Below, one piece after another: positions 17,685 through 26,851 of a DNA stretch of 64,000 nucleotides (position 1 is its first letter; each line of letters opens with the position of its first letter). Location: positions 5,491 to 69,490 of the forward strand of contig JBKOVG010000150.1 of NCBI GenBank assembly GCA_046723845.1. The letters are read 5' to 3'. The position numbers and the translations under genes are program-made. The notes beneath the pieces are model-generated. The model was not told the origin of the DNA, ran no database searches, and saw only the letters and a program-made list of their open reading frames with translations. The DNA is from Candidatus Methylomirabilota bacterium (GTDB lineage Bacteria > Methylomirabilota > Methylomirabilia > Rokubacteriales > CSP1-6).

Positions 17685-18622
17685 CGCAAGAGGAAAGACG
17701 CGGTGACGGCCAGGAGGGCCAGGATGAAGGAGGCGCTCAGCAGCTCGGGCACGCGGAAGAGGCGGAGCTTCGCGACGTGCGTCTCCACGAGGGCGACCAC
17801 GCCGCCCAGGGCCAGGAGCTTGAGGGTAAGCGTGACGGCGGCCCAGAGGAGCGCTCCCGGTGCGAGAGTCAGGGCCACTCCCCACGGGACGAAGAGGTTG
17901 CCCAGCAGGGTGAAGAAGACGAGCAGCTTGAGGGCGGCGGCCCATTCGATCAGGGCCAGGTAGCGTCCGGAGTACTCGAGGATCATCGCCTCGTGGATCA
18001 TCGTCAGCTCGAGGTGCGTCGCCGGATTGTCCACGGGCAGCCGCCCCGTCTCGGCCAGCGTCACCACGAACACGGCCGCGAAGGCCAGGACGTGCCCCGG
18101 GGCCAGGGCCTCGGCGGGCGTGGTCAGCGTGCGCGAGGCGATCCGGCCGAGATTGGTCGAGCCGGCAGACCACGCCAGCGCGAAGATGGCCAGCGCCATC
18201 GTCGGCTCGGCCAGCGCCGCCACCGTCATCTCGCGACTCGCCCCCATGCCACCGAAGGGCGAGCCCGGGTCGAGGCCGGCCAGGGCGAGGACGAACGTGC
18301 CGAGCAGCAGCAGGTACACGACCACGAGGAGGTCGCCCGCGCCGTCCAAGGGCAGCGGCACGGCCAGGAGCGGCACGAGCAGCGTGACGGTCACCGTGCT
18401 CCCGAAGACGATGAAGGGCGCCGCCCGGAAGAGCCACGAGGCATTGCTCGAGACCACGACCTCCTTGGCGAAGAGCTTGCGGAGCTCGAGGTATGGTTGC
18501 CAGGGCGGCGCGCCCCGGCGGTTCTGGAGGCGAGCCTTCATCCAGCGGATGGCGCCGACCAGCCCGGGGGCCAGCAGCAGCGCCACCGCTGCTTGGGCGA
18601 GCGCGAGCAGCCACAGCCTCAT
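17681..18622 (-). CDS. NuoH / HycD-like membrane subunit
   Basis: ATG at 18620-18622 (MRLWLLALAQ…IRWMKARLQNRRGAPPWQPYLELRKLF), a typical NuoH N-terminus. ATGA overlaps at both ends. Confidence 0.8.
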   Translation of the reverse strand: MRLWLLALAQAAVALLLAPGLVGAIRWMKARLQNRRGAPPWQPYLELRKLFAKEVVVSSNASWLFRAAPFIVFGSTVTVTLLVPLLAVPLPLDGAGDLLVVVYLLLLGTFVLALAGLDPGSPFGGMGASREMTVAALAEPTMALAIFALAWSAGSTNLGRIASRTLTTPAEALAPGHVLAFAAVFVVTLAETGRLPVDNPATHLELTMIHEAMILEYSGRYLALIEWAAALKLLVFFTLLGNLFVPWGVALTLAPGALLWAAVTLTLKLLALGGVVALVETHVAKLRLFRVPELLSASFILALLAVTASFLLR

Positions 18623-20658
18623 TGCGCCCCAGCCACGACGAGCCAGCCAAGGAGGAGCAGGAGAGCGGCCACGAGGTATGTCAGGTAGGCGTGCACCGAG
18701 CCCGACTGGAGCGCAAGCATGCGCTCGGACCACCGTCGCACCCGCGCGAGCACGGGGGCGTAGAGGTAGCGCTCGAACCACGGCACGATTGTGGCCCGGT
18801 AGGAGATCGACTGGATGAAGTAGCGCGAGCCCGGGTGGAAGTCGACGCTCACGTCCTCACGGGGGCGGTACAGGGCGGCGAAGATCCGGCGCAGCGGCTC
18901 AGCGAAGGCGGTGGCGGTGTACTCCATGCGCGGCGTCTGCACCACGCGCCCGCAGCCCCACGTCTCGCCCACGCGCACGGGGCGGCGCGCGGCGAGGGTC
19001 CTCACAGCCAGCCAGGTCACGAGGACGACGAGGCCGAGCCCCGCCCCCACGAGCATCGGCGACATCTGGGCGAAGCCTGCGGGCGTCTGGAGAGCAAGCC
19101 CCGCCGTGAAGGTGGGCGCCACCGCCGCCGGCCCCAGCCCCAGCAGCGGCGCGACCGCCAAGGAGAGCCGCGGCGTGATGGCAAAGGCGCCGGCGCTCAA
19201 GGCGAGGCAGGCGACGGCGAGCACGGCCATGCCGGTGCGCATGGGCCAGGCCGCCTCTCGCGCGCCTCCGGCCTCGGGTGAGCGCGGAATGGCGAGGAAA
19301 GTGATGCCGAAGGCCTTGACGAAGCAGGCGGCACAGAGTCCCGCGGTCAGCGCCAGCATCCCCAGGGCCAGCACCATGAGCACCGCCACGAGAGGCGAGG
19401 GTGCGCCGATGCCCGGCAGGAGCGCCTGGATCAGCAGCCACTCGGAGACGAAGCCGTTCAGGGGCGGCAGCCCCGAGATGGCGGCCGCGCCCACGAGGAA
19501 GAGCGCGGCGGTCCACGGCATGCCCCGGATGAGCCCACCCAGGTGATTCATGTCCCGCGTGCCCGTGGCCTGGAGCACGGCGCCCGCGCCGAGGAAGAGG
19601 AGCCCCTTGAAGACGGCGTGGTTGACCGTGTGATAGAGCGCCGCCACGAGGGCCAGCGCGGCGGCCGCCGGCATCTGGAGGCTCCCGAAGAGCAGGCCGG
19701 CGCCCACGCCCATCGTGATCAGCCCCACGTTCTCGACGGAGTGGTAGGCAAGGAGACGCTTAAGGTCGTGCTCCATCAGGGCGTAGAGCACGCCGAGCAG
19801 GGCCGACACGGCTCCGATCGAGAGGACGAGACCACCCCACCAGGCCGGACCGCCACCGAGGAGATCCACGCCGACACGCAGCAGGCCGTAGATGCCCATC
19901 TTGATCATCGCACCCGACATGAGCGCCGACACGTGGCTGGGGGCCGCGGGGTGCGCGCGCGGCAGCCAGACGTGCAGGGGAATCAGCCCGGCCTTCGATC
20001 CGAAGCCGAGCAGCGCGAGCACGAAGACTGCACCGCGCGTCCGCGCGGGCAGGGCGGCCGCGGCGGCGCGGAGATCTGCGAATCCCCCGGAGCCGCCCGG
20101 CTGGAGCAGGAAGAAGGCGCCGAGCAGGCACACGAGGCCGAGCTGGGTCATGCCGAGATACCACTGGCCGGCGCGCACCACCTCCGGCTCATCCGCCTCG
20201 GTGATCACGAGGAAGTAGGAGCTGACGGACATGCCTTCCCACAGGAAAAGGAAGGTGAGCGTGGCATCGGCGAGGGGGACGAGGCTCATAGTCAGCAGGA
20301 AGACGTTCAGCATCACGCCGACCTGGCGGAGGGCGGCGTGTCCGTCCCACGCGCGCGAGTACGCGGCGCCGTAGAGCGCCGCCGGCGCGGCGACGAGGGA
20401 CGTGAGGGCGAGGAACACGGCGCCGAGTGCGTCGAGGCGGAAGGCCAGTCCGCCCAGCGGGCCAAGGAGCTCCGGCACCGCGAGGGCGATGCTCCCTCCC
20501 CCCACGCATGCCACCATGGCCAGCGCGAGCCCTGAGATGGCGCCGACGACGGTGCCCGCAGCGGAGGCCCAGCGGGCGAGCGCGCCCGCGCCGAGGGCGA
20601 GGGCCGCCGCGGCGCCCGCAGCGTAGGCGCCGACCATGAGAAGGAGGAGAGCGCGCAC
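18619..20658 (-). CDS. NuoL / HycC-HyfB-like antiporter-type membrane subunit
   Basis: Starts at GTG 20656-20658 (alternative ATG at 20637), directly after the small-subunit stop. …HSVENVGLITMGVGAG…HAVFKGLLFLGAGAV… The upstream in-frame extension to 20862 is spurious. Confidence 0.8.
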   Translation of the reverse strand: MRALLLLMVGAYAAGAAAALALGAGALARWASAAGTVVGAISGLALAMVACVGGGSIALAVPELLGPLGGLAFRLDALGAVFLALTSLVAAPAALYGAAYSRAWDGHAALRQVGVMLNVFLLTMSLVPLADATLTFLFLWEGMSVSSYFLVITEADEPEVVRAGQWYLGMTQLGLVCLLGAFFLLQPGGSGGFADLRAAAAALPARTRGAVFVLALLGFGSKAGLIPLHVWLPRAHPAAPSHVSALMSGAMIKMGIYGLLRVGVDLLGGGPAWWGGLVLSIGAVSALLGVLYALMEHDLKRLLAYHSVENVGLITMGVGAGLLFGSLQMPAAAALALVAALYHTVNHAVFKGLLFLGAGAVLQATGTRDMNHLGGLIRGMPWTAALFLVGAAAISGLPPLNGFVSEWLLIQALLPGIGAPSPLVAVLMVLALGMLALTAGLCAACFVKAFGITFLAIPRSPEAGGAREAAWPMRTGMAVLAVACLALSAGAFAITPRLSLAVAPLLGLGPAAVAPTFTAGLALQTPAGFAQMSPMLVGAGLGLVVLVTWLAVRTLAARRPVRVGETWGCGRVVQTPRMEYTATAFAEPLRRIFAALYRPREDVSVDFHPGSRYFIQSISYRATIVPWFERYLYAPVLARVRRWSERMLALQSGSVHAYLTYLVAALLLLLGWLVVAGAQ

Positions 20659-20660
20659 GG

Positions 20661-21173
20661 CTAGGAGCGACCTTGCCTGAGCGCGGCGAGGATGCCCTGG
20701 AGGATCTGCGCGGGCTCGGGAGGGCAACCGTCCACGAAGACGTTGACGGGGATCACCTTCTCCACGCTTCCGACCACCGCGTAGCTGCCCGCGAACACGC
20801 CGCACGTCCGCGCGCAGTCGCCGACCGCCACCACCAGCTTCGGCTCGGGAGTCGCCTCCCACGTCTTCCGCAACGGCACTTCCATGTTGCGCGTGACGGG
20901 CCCGGTGACGAGGAGCAGGTCGGCGTGACGGGGAGAAGCCACGAAGTGGAAGCCGAAGCGCTCGCTGTCGTAAACGGGGCTCGTGAGGCCGGTGATCTCG
21001 ACCTCGCAGCCGTTGCAGGAGCCCGCGTCCACCTCGCGAATGCCAAGGGCGCGACCGAAGAGACGCCGCGCTTCTCCATCGACCTCATGAACCAGATGCA
21101 CGACTTCGGAGTCACCGGCGGGAAGTGCCTCGGTGACGATCCCGGTTCGAAGGATCTTGGAGAGAAGACCCAT
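20661..21173 (-). CDS. NuoB / HycG-like small subunit that retains its 4Fe-4S cluster cysteines
   Basis: GSCNGCE…GDCARTCG…DGCPPEP: all four cluster-N2-type cysteines are present. It is the first gene of the cluster. Confidence 0.85.
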   Translation of the reverse strand: MGLLSKILRTGIVTEALPAGDSEVVHLVHEVDGEARRLFGRALGIREVDAGSCNGCEVEITGLTSPVYDSERFGFHFVASPRHADLLLVTGPVTRNMEVPLRKTWEATPEPKLVVAVGDCARTCGVFAGSYAVVGSVEKVIPVNVFVDGCPPEPAQILQGILAALRQGRS

Positions 21174-21282
21174 CTAGCGGAGCCGATACCTCCACCATCC
21201 GATCATCACGATGCCTACTATACGCTACGCGTCCTCGTGCTCCGTCAGCGAACTCCATCGACAGCCGGGCGGGGCCGATCGG

Positions 21283-22893
21283 TCAGCGGGCGCGTCGTCC
21301 CTCGTAGCCCAGGCGGCGGTCGCGGAGGCGCAGGGCGCGGTCGCGCGCGCGGGCGGGGCCGTAGCCGCCACCCCCCGGCGTGCTCACGAGGACGCGGTCG
21401 CCGCGCTCCAGCACGTGCTGGCGCCGATGGTCGACCTTCTTGCCGTTGATGCGCACGTCGCCCAGACCGCCCGCGGCGCCGCCCGCGAAGCCGGGGGCGG
21501 CGAAACGCGTCCGCTCCGCCATGAAGCTCACCACGATGGGCCGAACGGAGCCGCTCTCGAAGAGCACGTCCTGGCCGAGGCCGCCCCGCCGGCGCCCATC
21601 GCCGCCCGAGCCGGGACGCAGGCGCTTGTAGTGGAAGAAGAGCGGGCTGTTGCGCTCTGCCACTTCCACGGGCGTGCTGGAGATGTTGCTCGGCCAGGAG
21701 AGCACGTGCTCGCCGTCCTTGGCCGAGGTGGCGCCCATGCCGCCGTTGAAGAAGAGCACGTTGGTGTAGGGGCGGCCGTCGTCGCGCGTCCCCGTCTGGG
21801 CCACCGCCCACAGGGGCGAGCCCGCGCCTGCCATCACCTTGTCGGGGATGACCTGATGCAGCGCCCCCAGGACAAGGAGCGGCACATAGTGGCCGGTCTG
21901 GGCCCGGCTCACCACCGCCGCGGGGAACTTCGGGTTGAGGAGACATCCCTCGGGCGCCTCCACCTTGACTGGGCGATACATGCCCTCGTTGTTGGGCAGC
22001 CCGGGCAGGAGGGCGCAGCGCACGGCGTACGCGGTCATGGCGTAGGTGTAGGCGAGCACGCAGTTGATGGCGCGGGGCTGGGCGGGCGAGGAGCCGGTGA
22101 AGTCCGCGGTGATCTCGTCGCCCTCCACGCGCAGGGCGATCTTGAAAGTGTACGGCCGCTCGAAGCCGTCGGTGTCGAAGCCGTAGCGATAGACGCCGTC
22201 GGGCACGGCGCGGATCGCCTCGCGCATGGCGCGCTCGGAGCGCGCGAAGAGCTCGTCGGCTAAGCCCTCGAGCGAGTCGAGGCGGTACTCCTCCAGGAGC
22301 CGGCGTACGCGGTTCTCCATCAGCTCGTTCGCGCTCACCTGGGCCCAGATGTCGCCCATGGTCTGGTCGGGCGTGCGCACGTTGGCGCGGATGAGGCTGA
22401 TGAGGGTCTGGTCGCGCTGCCCGTCACGGATGATGCGGCTCAACGGGATGTGGATGCCTTCCTCGAAGAGCTCGCGCGCCTCGATGGCGCGCACGCGCCC
22501 GCCGATGTCCGGCATGTGCGAGGTGGTGGCGGAGAAGGCCACCAGGCGCCCCCCGTGGAAGATCGGCTTCACCAGGCACACGTCGCTCATGTGCCCCGTC
22601 CCCTCCCAGGGATCGTTGGTGATGAGCACGTCGCCGGGGCGCAGGTCGCTCCCGAACTCGCGCAGGAAGTGCCGCACGGTGGCGGGAAGGGTGCCGATGA
22701 AGGAAGGAATGCTCCCGGAGTTCTGGGCCAGCGCGAAGCCGCGGGCGTCGGTGAGGACGCAAGCGAAGTCATTGGCCTCGTTCGACAGCGTGGAGAAGGA
22801 GGTGCGCACGATGGCCTTGGCCGCCTCGTCCACCACGGAGATGATGCGCGTCCACAGAACCTCGAGGGTGATGGGATCGAAGGTCGCGCTCAC
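21283..22893 (-). CDS. Hydantoinase B / oxoprolinase family protein (HyuB-like)
   Basis: MSATFDPITLEVLWTRIISVVDEAAKAIVRTSFSTLSNEANDFACVL…, matching N-methylhydantoinase B. Confidence 0.8.
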   Translation of the reverse strand: MSATFDPITLEVLWTRIISVVDEAAKAIVRTSFSTLSNEANDFACVLTDARGFALAQNSGSIPSFIGTLPATVRHFLREFGSDLRPGDVLITNDPWEGTGHMSDVCLVKPIFHGGRLVAFSATTSHMPDIGGRVRAIEARELFEEGIHIPLSRIIRDGQRDQTLISLIRANVRTPDQTMGDIWAQVSANELMENRVRRLLEEYRLDSLEGLADELFARSERAMREAIRAVPDGVYRYGFDTDGFERPYTFKIALRVEGDEITADFTGSSPAQPRAINCVLAYTYAMTAYAVRCALLPGLPNNEGMYRPVKVEAPEGCLLNPKFPAAVVSRAQTGHYVPLLVLGALHQVIPDKVMAGAGSPLWAVAQTGTRDDGRPYTNVLFFNGGMGATSAKDGEHVLSWPSNISSTPVEVAERNSPLFFHYKRLRPGSGGDGRRRGGLGQDVLFESGSVRPIVVSFMAERTRFAAPGFAGGAAGGLGDVRINGKKVDHRRQHVLERGDRVLVSTPGGGGYGPARARDRALRLRDRRLGYEGRRAR

Positions 22894-22924
22894 GGCGACG
22901 TCTCCTCGGGAAGGGCGGCCGGCG

Positions 22925-25027
22925 TCACGGCGTCCCCCGCGTCAGCACGAGGTTGCCGCTGGAGGCGACGCGGGCGTGCCCACCGGGGCCGATGACGAGC
23001 GTGGAGCCCTCTTCCTCGACCACGGCGGGGCCGTCGAGCTCATCGCCCACGCCCAGGCGCTGGCGATCGTAGACCGCGGTGGGGACGAAGCCTTCCGTCT
23101 CCGCGAAGTACGCGGGCCGCGTGCCCTTGCGCGCGCTCGCCGCTCCCGCCCCGCGCCGGCCCTGCAGGACGACGTCGCTGCCCGAGACGGGCGCGCGCAC
23201 CGCCACGCGAATGTTCAGGAACTCCACGGGCACCCCGGGCGGGGTGAGGGCGAACTTGTCGCGATAGGCGGTCTCGAAGGCCGCGGTGAGCCGACGGCGG
23301 CTCGCCTCGCTCTCGTCATAGGGGCCGTCGGGCAGCGAGACGACGAGATCGAAGCCCTGCCCGATGAAGCGGCCGTCGGCGAGCCGGCGCACGCTGGCGT
23401 TCTCGAGCTTGAGGCCGGTGTCGGCCATGACCGCTCTGGCCTCGTCCTCCAGGCGCTGGAAGGCCGCCTCCAGCTCCGCCACACTGCCCTGGTCGAGCCG
23501 GATCCCCACCGTGGCGACGCGGTCCACGCGCGCCGGCGCCACGAGGAGGCCGAGGGCGGAGGCGACGCCCGCCGAGGGCGGACAGACGATGCGGGGGACG
23601 CCGAGCTTCTTCGCCACCGACCAGGCGTGCACCGGCCCCGCCCCGCCCGTGCAGAGCAACGCGTAGTCGCGCGGATCGCGCCCGCGCTCGGCGATGTGCA
23701 CGCGGGCGGCGCTCGCCATGTTCTCGTTGACGATGTCGTGGATGCCCCAGGCGACCTTGACCGGCTCGAGGCCGAGGCGGCCCGCAAGGCGGTCCACGGC
23801 GGCGCGGGCTGCGCCGAGGTCGACGCGGACCTCGCCCCCTGCGAAGTACGCCGGGTTGAGATAGCCGAGGAGGAAGTCGGCGTCGGTGACGGTGGGCTCC
23901 GCGCCGCCCAGACCGTACGACGCGGGGCCGGGATGCGAGCCGGCGCTGCGCGGGCCGACCTTGAGCAGCCCGATCTCGTCCACGTCGGCGATGCTCCCGC
24001 CGCCCGCCCCGATCTCGATCAGCTCGATGGTCGAGATGCGGATGGGGAGGCCGCTGCCCTCGATGAAGCGACGCTGCCGCGCCGCCTCGAAGCTGTAGGC
24101 AGTGAGCGGCTCGCCGTCGTCGACCAGAGAGAGCTTGGCGGTGGTACCGCCCATGTCGAAGGCGAGGATGCCGGGCGCGCGGCCTTCGCTCTCGTCGCGG
24201 CCGAAGAAGGCGGCGGCGATGGCGCCCGCGGCCGGGCCCGACTCGAGCATCTGCACGGGCGCGCGCTGCGCCTCCGCCACGTGGGTGAGGCCGCCGCTCG
24301 AGAGCATGAGCAGGAGGGGCGCGGGGATGCCCTGCTCCGCCACGCGCTCCGCCATCAGCGCCAGGTAGCGATGGGCGAGCGGCTTGATGTAGGCATTGGC
24401 CACCGCGGTGGAGGCGCGCTCGAACTCGCGCACCTCGGGCGCCACCTCGTGCGAGGTGGTGACAGCGACGCCCCGATGACGGCGGGCGATTGCCCGTGCC
24501 GCCTGCTCTTCGTGGCGCGAATTGGCGTAGGCGTGGAGGAACACCACGGCGATGGAGGTCACCCCCGCCTTGACGAGGGCGCGCGCCTTCGCCTCCACCG
24601 CCTGCGTGTCGAGGCGGCGGCGCACGCGGCCGTCGGCCTGCATGCGCTCGGGCACCTCGAGGCGGAGGTGGCGCGGCACGAGGGGCTCGGGCCGGGTGAT
24701 GGCCAGGTCGTACAGCTCGTACTTCCGCTCGCGGCCGATCTCGAGGGTGTCCGCGAAGCCCTCGGTGGTGATGAGCCCGGTGATCGCGCCCTTCCGCTCG
24801 ATGAGGGCGTTGGTGAACAGCGTGGTGGCGTGCACCACGCGGGTGAACTCCCGCGGCTCGAAGCGTCCCTCGCGGAGCAGGGCGGCCACCCCGGCCGCCA
24901 CCGCGCGGGCCGGATCGTCGTGGGTGGTGAGCACCTTGCGATTCACCTGGCGGCCGGTGTCGTGGTCGTAGATCACGAGGTCCGTGAAGGTGCCGCCGAT
25001 GTCGATGCCGAGCGAGTAGTGGGCCAC
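22925..25027 (-). CDS. Hydantoinase A / oxoprolinase family protein (HyuA-like)
   Basis: MAHYSLGIDIGGTFTDLVIYDHDTGRQV…, matching N-methylhydantoinase A. It is directly upstream of the HyuB-like gene. Confidence 0.8.
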   Translation of the reverse strand: MAHYSLGIDIGGTFTDLVIYDHDTGRQVNRKVLTTHDDPARAVAAGVAALLREGRFEPREFTRVVHATTLFTNALIERKGAITGLITTEGFADTLEIGRERKYELYDLAITRPEPLVPRHLRLEVPERMQADGRVRRRLDTQAVEAKARALVKAGVTSIAVVFLHAYANSRHEEQAARAIARRHRGVAVTTSHEVAPEVREFERASTAVANAYIKPLAHRYLALMAERVAEQGIPAPLLLMLSSGGLTHVAEAQRAPVQMLESGPAAGAIAAAFFGRDESEGRAPGILAFDMGGTTAKLSLVDDGEPLTAYSFEAARQRRFIEGSGLPIRISTIELIEIGAGGGSIADVDEIGLLKVGPRSAGSHPGPASYGLGGAEPTVTDADFLLGYLNPAYFAGGEVRVDLGAARAAVDRLAGRLGLEPVKVAWGIHDIVNENMASAARVHIAERGRDPRDYALLCTGGAGPVHAWSVAKKLGVPRIVCPPSAGVASALGLLVAPARVDRVATVGIRLDQGSVAELEAAFQRLEDEARAVMADTGLKLENASVRRLADGRFIGQGFDLVVSLPDGPYDESEASRRRLTAAFETAYRDKFALTPPGVPVEFLNIRVAVRAPVSGSDVVLQGRRGAGAASARKGTRPAYFAETEGFVPTAVYDRQRLGVGDELDGPAVVEEEGSTLVIGPGGHARVASSGNLVLTRGTP

Positions 25028-25200
25028 GCGTCGCCTACTTGAGCCGCAGGTCTTCGAAAGGCGCGGGGTACGAGAAGCCGGGAATGAGCCCTGCCCCGCC
25101 CTCGGCCACCCGCGGGCCCAGCGCGACGCGAGGAGTGAGCGAGCGGTCTCGGATCATGGCGGACACCCTAGGGCCGCTGATAGGAAAGGTCAAGCGCAGG

Positions 25201-25491
25201 CTAGGCGAGCTGCTCGGTGCGCACGACGTCGAGGGCGTGATCGAGGAGCGGCGGCAATCGCTCGACGAAGCGGACGGTGTGGGGCAGCCCCGCGTGCGCC
25301 TCGAAGGCCGCCTCGTCCTTCCAGCGCGAGTGGATGTAGAAGAGCCGCGAATCGCGCGTGGAGCGGAAGGCATGAATGTCGAGGCAGCCTGGCTCGCCGC
25401 GCGACGGCGGCACCACGTCGCGGAGGGCGTCGGCCACCGCTTGCTCCTGACCGGGCCGGGCGTGAAATCTCGCGAAGATGTACAGCTCCAT
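25201..25491 (-). CDS. Antibiotic-biosynthesis-monooxygenase (ABM) domain protein (96 aa)
   Basis: ATG at 25489-25491 (MELYIFARFHARPGQEQAV…FYIHSRWKDEAAFEAH) with a GGAGAGG Shine-Dalgarno. Divergent from the acyl-CoA dehydrogenase operon. Confidence 0.6.
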   Translation of the reverse strand: MELYIFARFHARPGQEQAVADALRDVVPPSRGEPGCLDIHAFRSTRDSRLFYIHSRWKDEAAFEAHAGLPHTVRFVERLPPLLDHALDVVRTEQLA

Positions 25492-25636
25492 GCCACCTCT
25501 CCTCTCGAGCCGTCGTGTCAGGTTGACCCGCTCCGGGCCCCGTGCTAGAACCGGGAGCATTCGAGCGGAACGCACGCCGCAGACGTCGTGCCGCGCGGCT
25601 CGGCGTCGAGCCAATTCTGGCACAGGAGCCCAGCGC

Positions 25637-26851
25637 ATGGACCTCAACTACACGCCCGAAGACCTCGCCTTCCGCAAGCAGGTGCGCACGTGGCTCGAGC
25701 AGAACCTGCCCAAGGACGTCAGCACCCTCGAGGAGCGCCGCGCGTGGCATCGCAAGCTCTACGACGCGGGCTATCTCGGCATGGGCTGGCCCAAGGAGTA
25801 CGGAGGCGGCGGCGCCCGTCCCATGGAGCAGGCCATCGTGGCCGACGAGATGGCGAGGGCCAACGCGCCCGCGCCCACCAACGGGCTCGGCCTCGGCATC
25901 GTGGGGCCCACCATCGTGGTGCACGGCACCGAGGCGCAGAAGACGCGCTATCTGAGAAAGATCCTCTCTGCGGAGGAGCTGTGGTGCCAGCTCTACTCCG
26001 AGCCCAACGCGGGCTCCGACCTCGCCGCGCTCAAGACTTCCGCGGTGGACGCGGGCGATCACTTCGTGGTCAACGGGCAGAAGATCTGGACAAGCGGCGG
26101 CGCCATCGCGGACTGGGGCCTCCTCCTCGCGCGCACCGACACCAAGGTCCCCAAGCACAAGGGCATCTCCTGCTTCCTCATGAACATGCGCCAGCCCGGG
26201 GTGGACGTGCGCCCCCTCAAGCAGATCACGGGTTCCTCCGAGTTCTGCGAGGTCTTCATGACGAACGCGCGCGTGGAGAAGAGCGATCAGATCGGCAAGC
26301 TCGGCGAGGGCTGGGCCATCGCCCAGACCACGCTCGGCTACGAGCGGGGCGGCCGCGCCCTCGCGCGCGTCACCACGTACTCCTCGCAATTCAACCGTCT
26401 GATGGAGGCGGCCCGGCGCCTGCGCCGGCACGGCCAGCCCCTGCTCGAGAATCCCGTGGTGCGCCAGAAGCTCGGGCGCATCTGGTCGGAGATCGAGGTG
26501 GAGCGCTACCAGGCCCTCCGCACCCTGACCCAGCTCGAGCGTGGCGAGCACCCGGGGGCGGGCGGCTCCATCACCAAGCTCTCGTACTCGGAGTTCGAGA
26601 AGCGCTTCATGGAGCTGGCCCTGGAGATCCTCGGGCCCTACGGGCAGCTGACCAAGGGGGCGCCGCAGGACTTCGCCCTCGACATCGACACGGCCATCGG
26701 CGAGCGCGGGAGCTGGGCCTACGCCTATCTATGGTCGCGTGCCGGCACCATCTACGCCGGCTCCTCGGAGATCCAGAAGAACGTGATCGGTGAGCGCATC
26801 CTCGGCCTGCCGAAGGAGACCCGCGCGGACCGGGTGGGAGGGAAGGCGTGA
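25637..26851 (+). CDS. Acyl-CoA dehydrogenase
   Basis: ATG at 25637 with an AGGAG Shine-Dalgarno. MDLNYTPEDLAFRKQVRTWLE…GYLGMGWPKEYGG…YSEPNAGSDLAALKTSA…. Confidence 0.8.
   Translation: MDLNYTPEDLAFRKQVRTWLEQNLPKDVSTLEERRAWHRKLYDAGYLGMGWPKEYGGGGARPMEQAIVADEMARANAPAPTNGLGLGIVGPTIVVHGTEAQKTRYLRKILSAEELWCQLYSEPNAGSDLAALKTSAVDAGDHFVVNGQKIWTSGGAIADWGLLLARTDTKVPKHKGISCFLMNMRQPGVDVRPLKQITGSSEFCEVFMTNARVEKSDQIGKLGEGWAIAQTTLGYERGGRALARVTTYSSQFNRLMEAARRLRRHGQPLLENPVVRQKLGRIWSEIEVERYQALRTLTQLERGEHPGAGGSITKLSYSEFEKRFMELALEILGPYGQLTKGAPQDFALDIDTAIGERGSWAYAYLWSRAGTIYAGSSEIQKNVIGERILGLPKETRADRVGGKA

Noticed and set aside
17025-18650. 541-aa extended ORF for the HyfE-like gene, and the 18619-20862 and 44758-46860 extended ORFs
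   Set aside because: The upstream in-frame extensions are Arg/Gly/Pro-rich, with no hydrophobic or conserved segments. Proper starts were chosen at ATG or GTG codons positioned right after the upstream stop.
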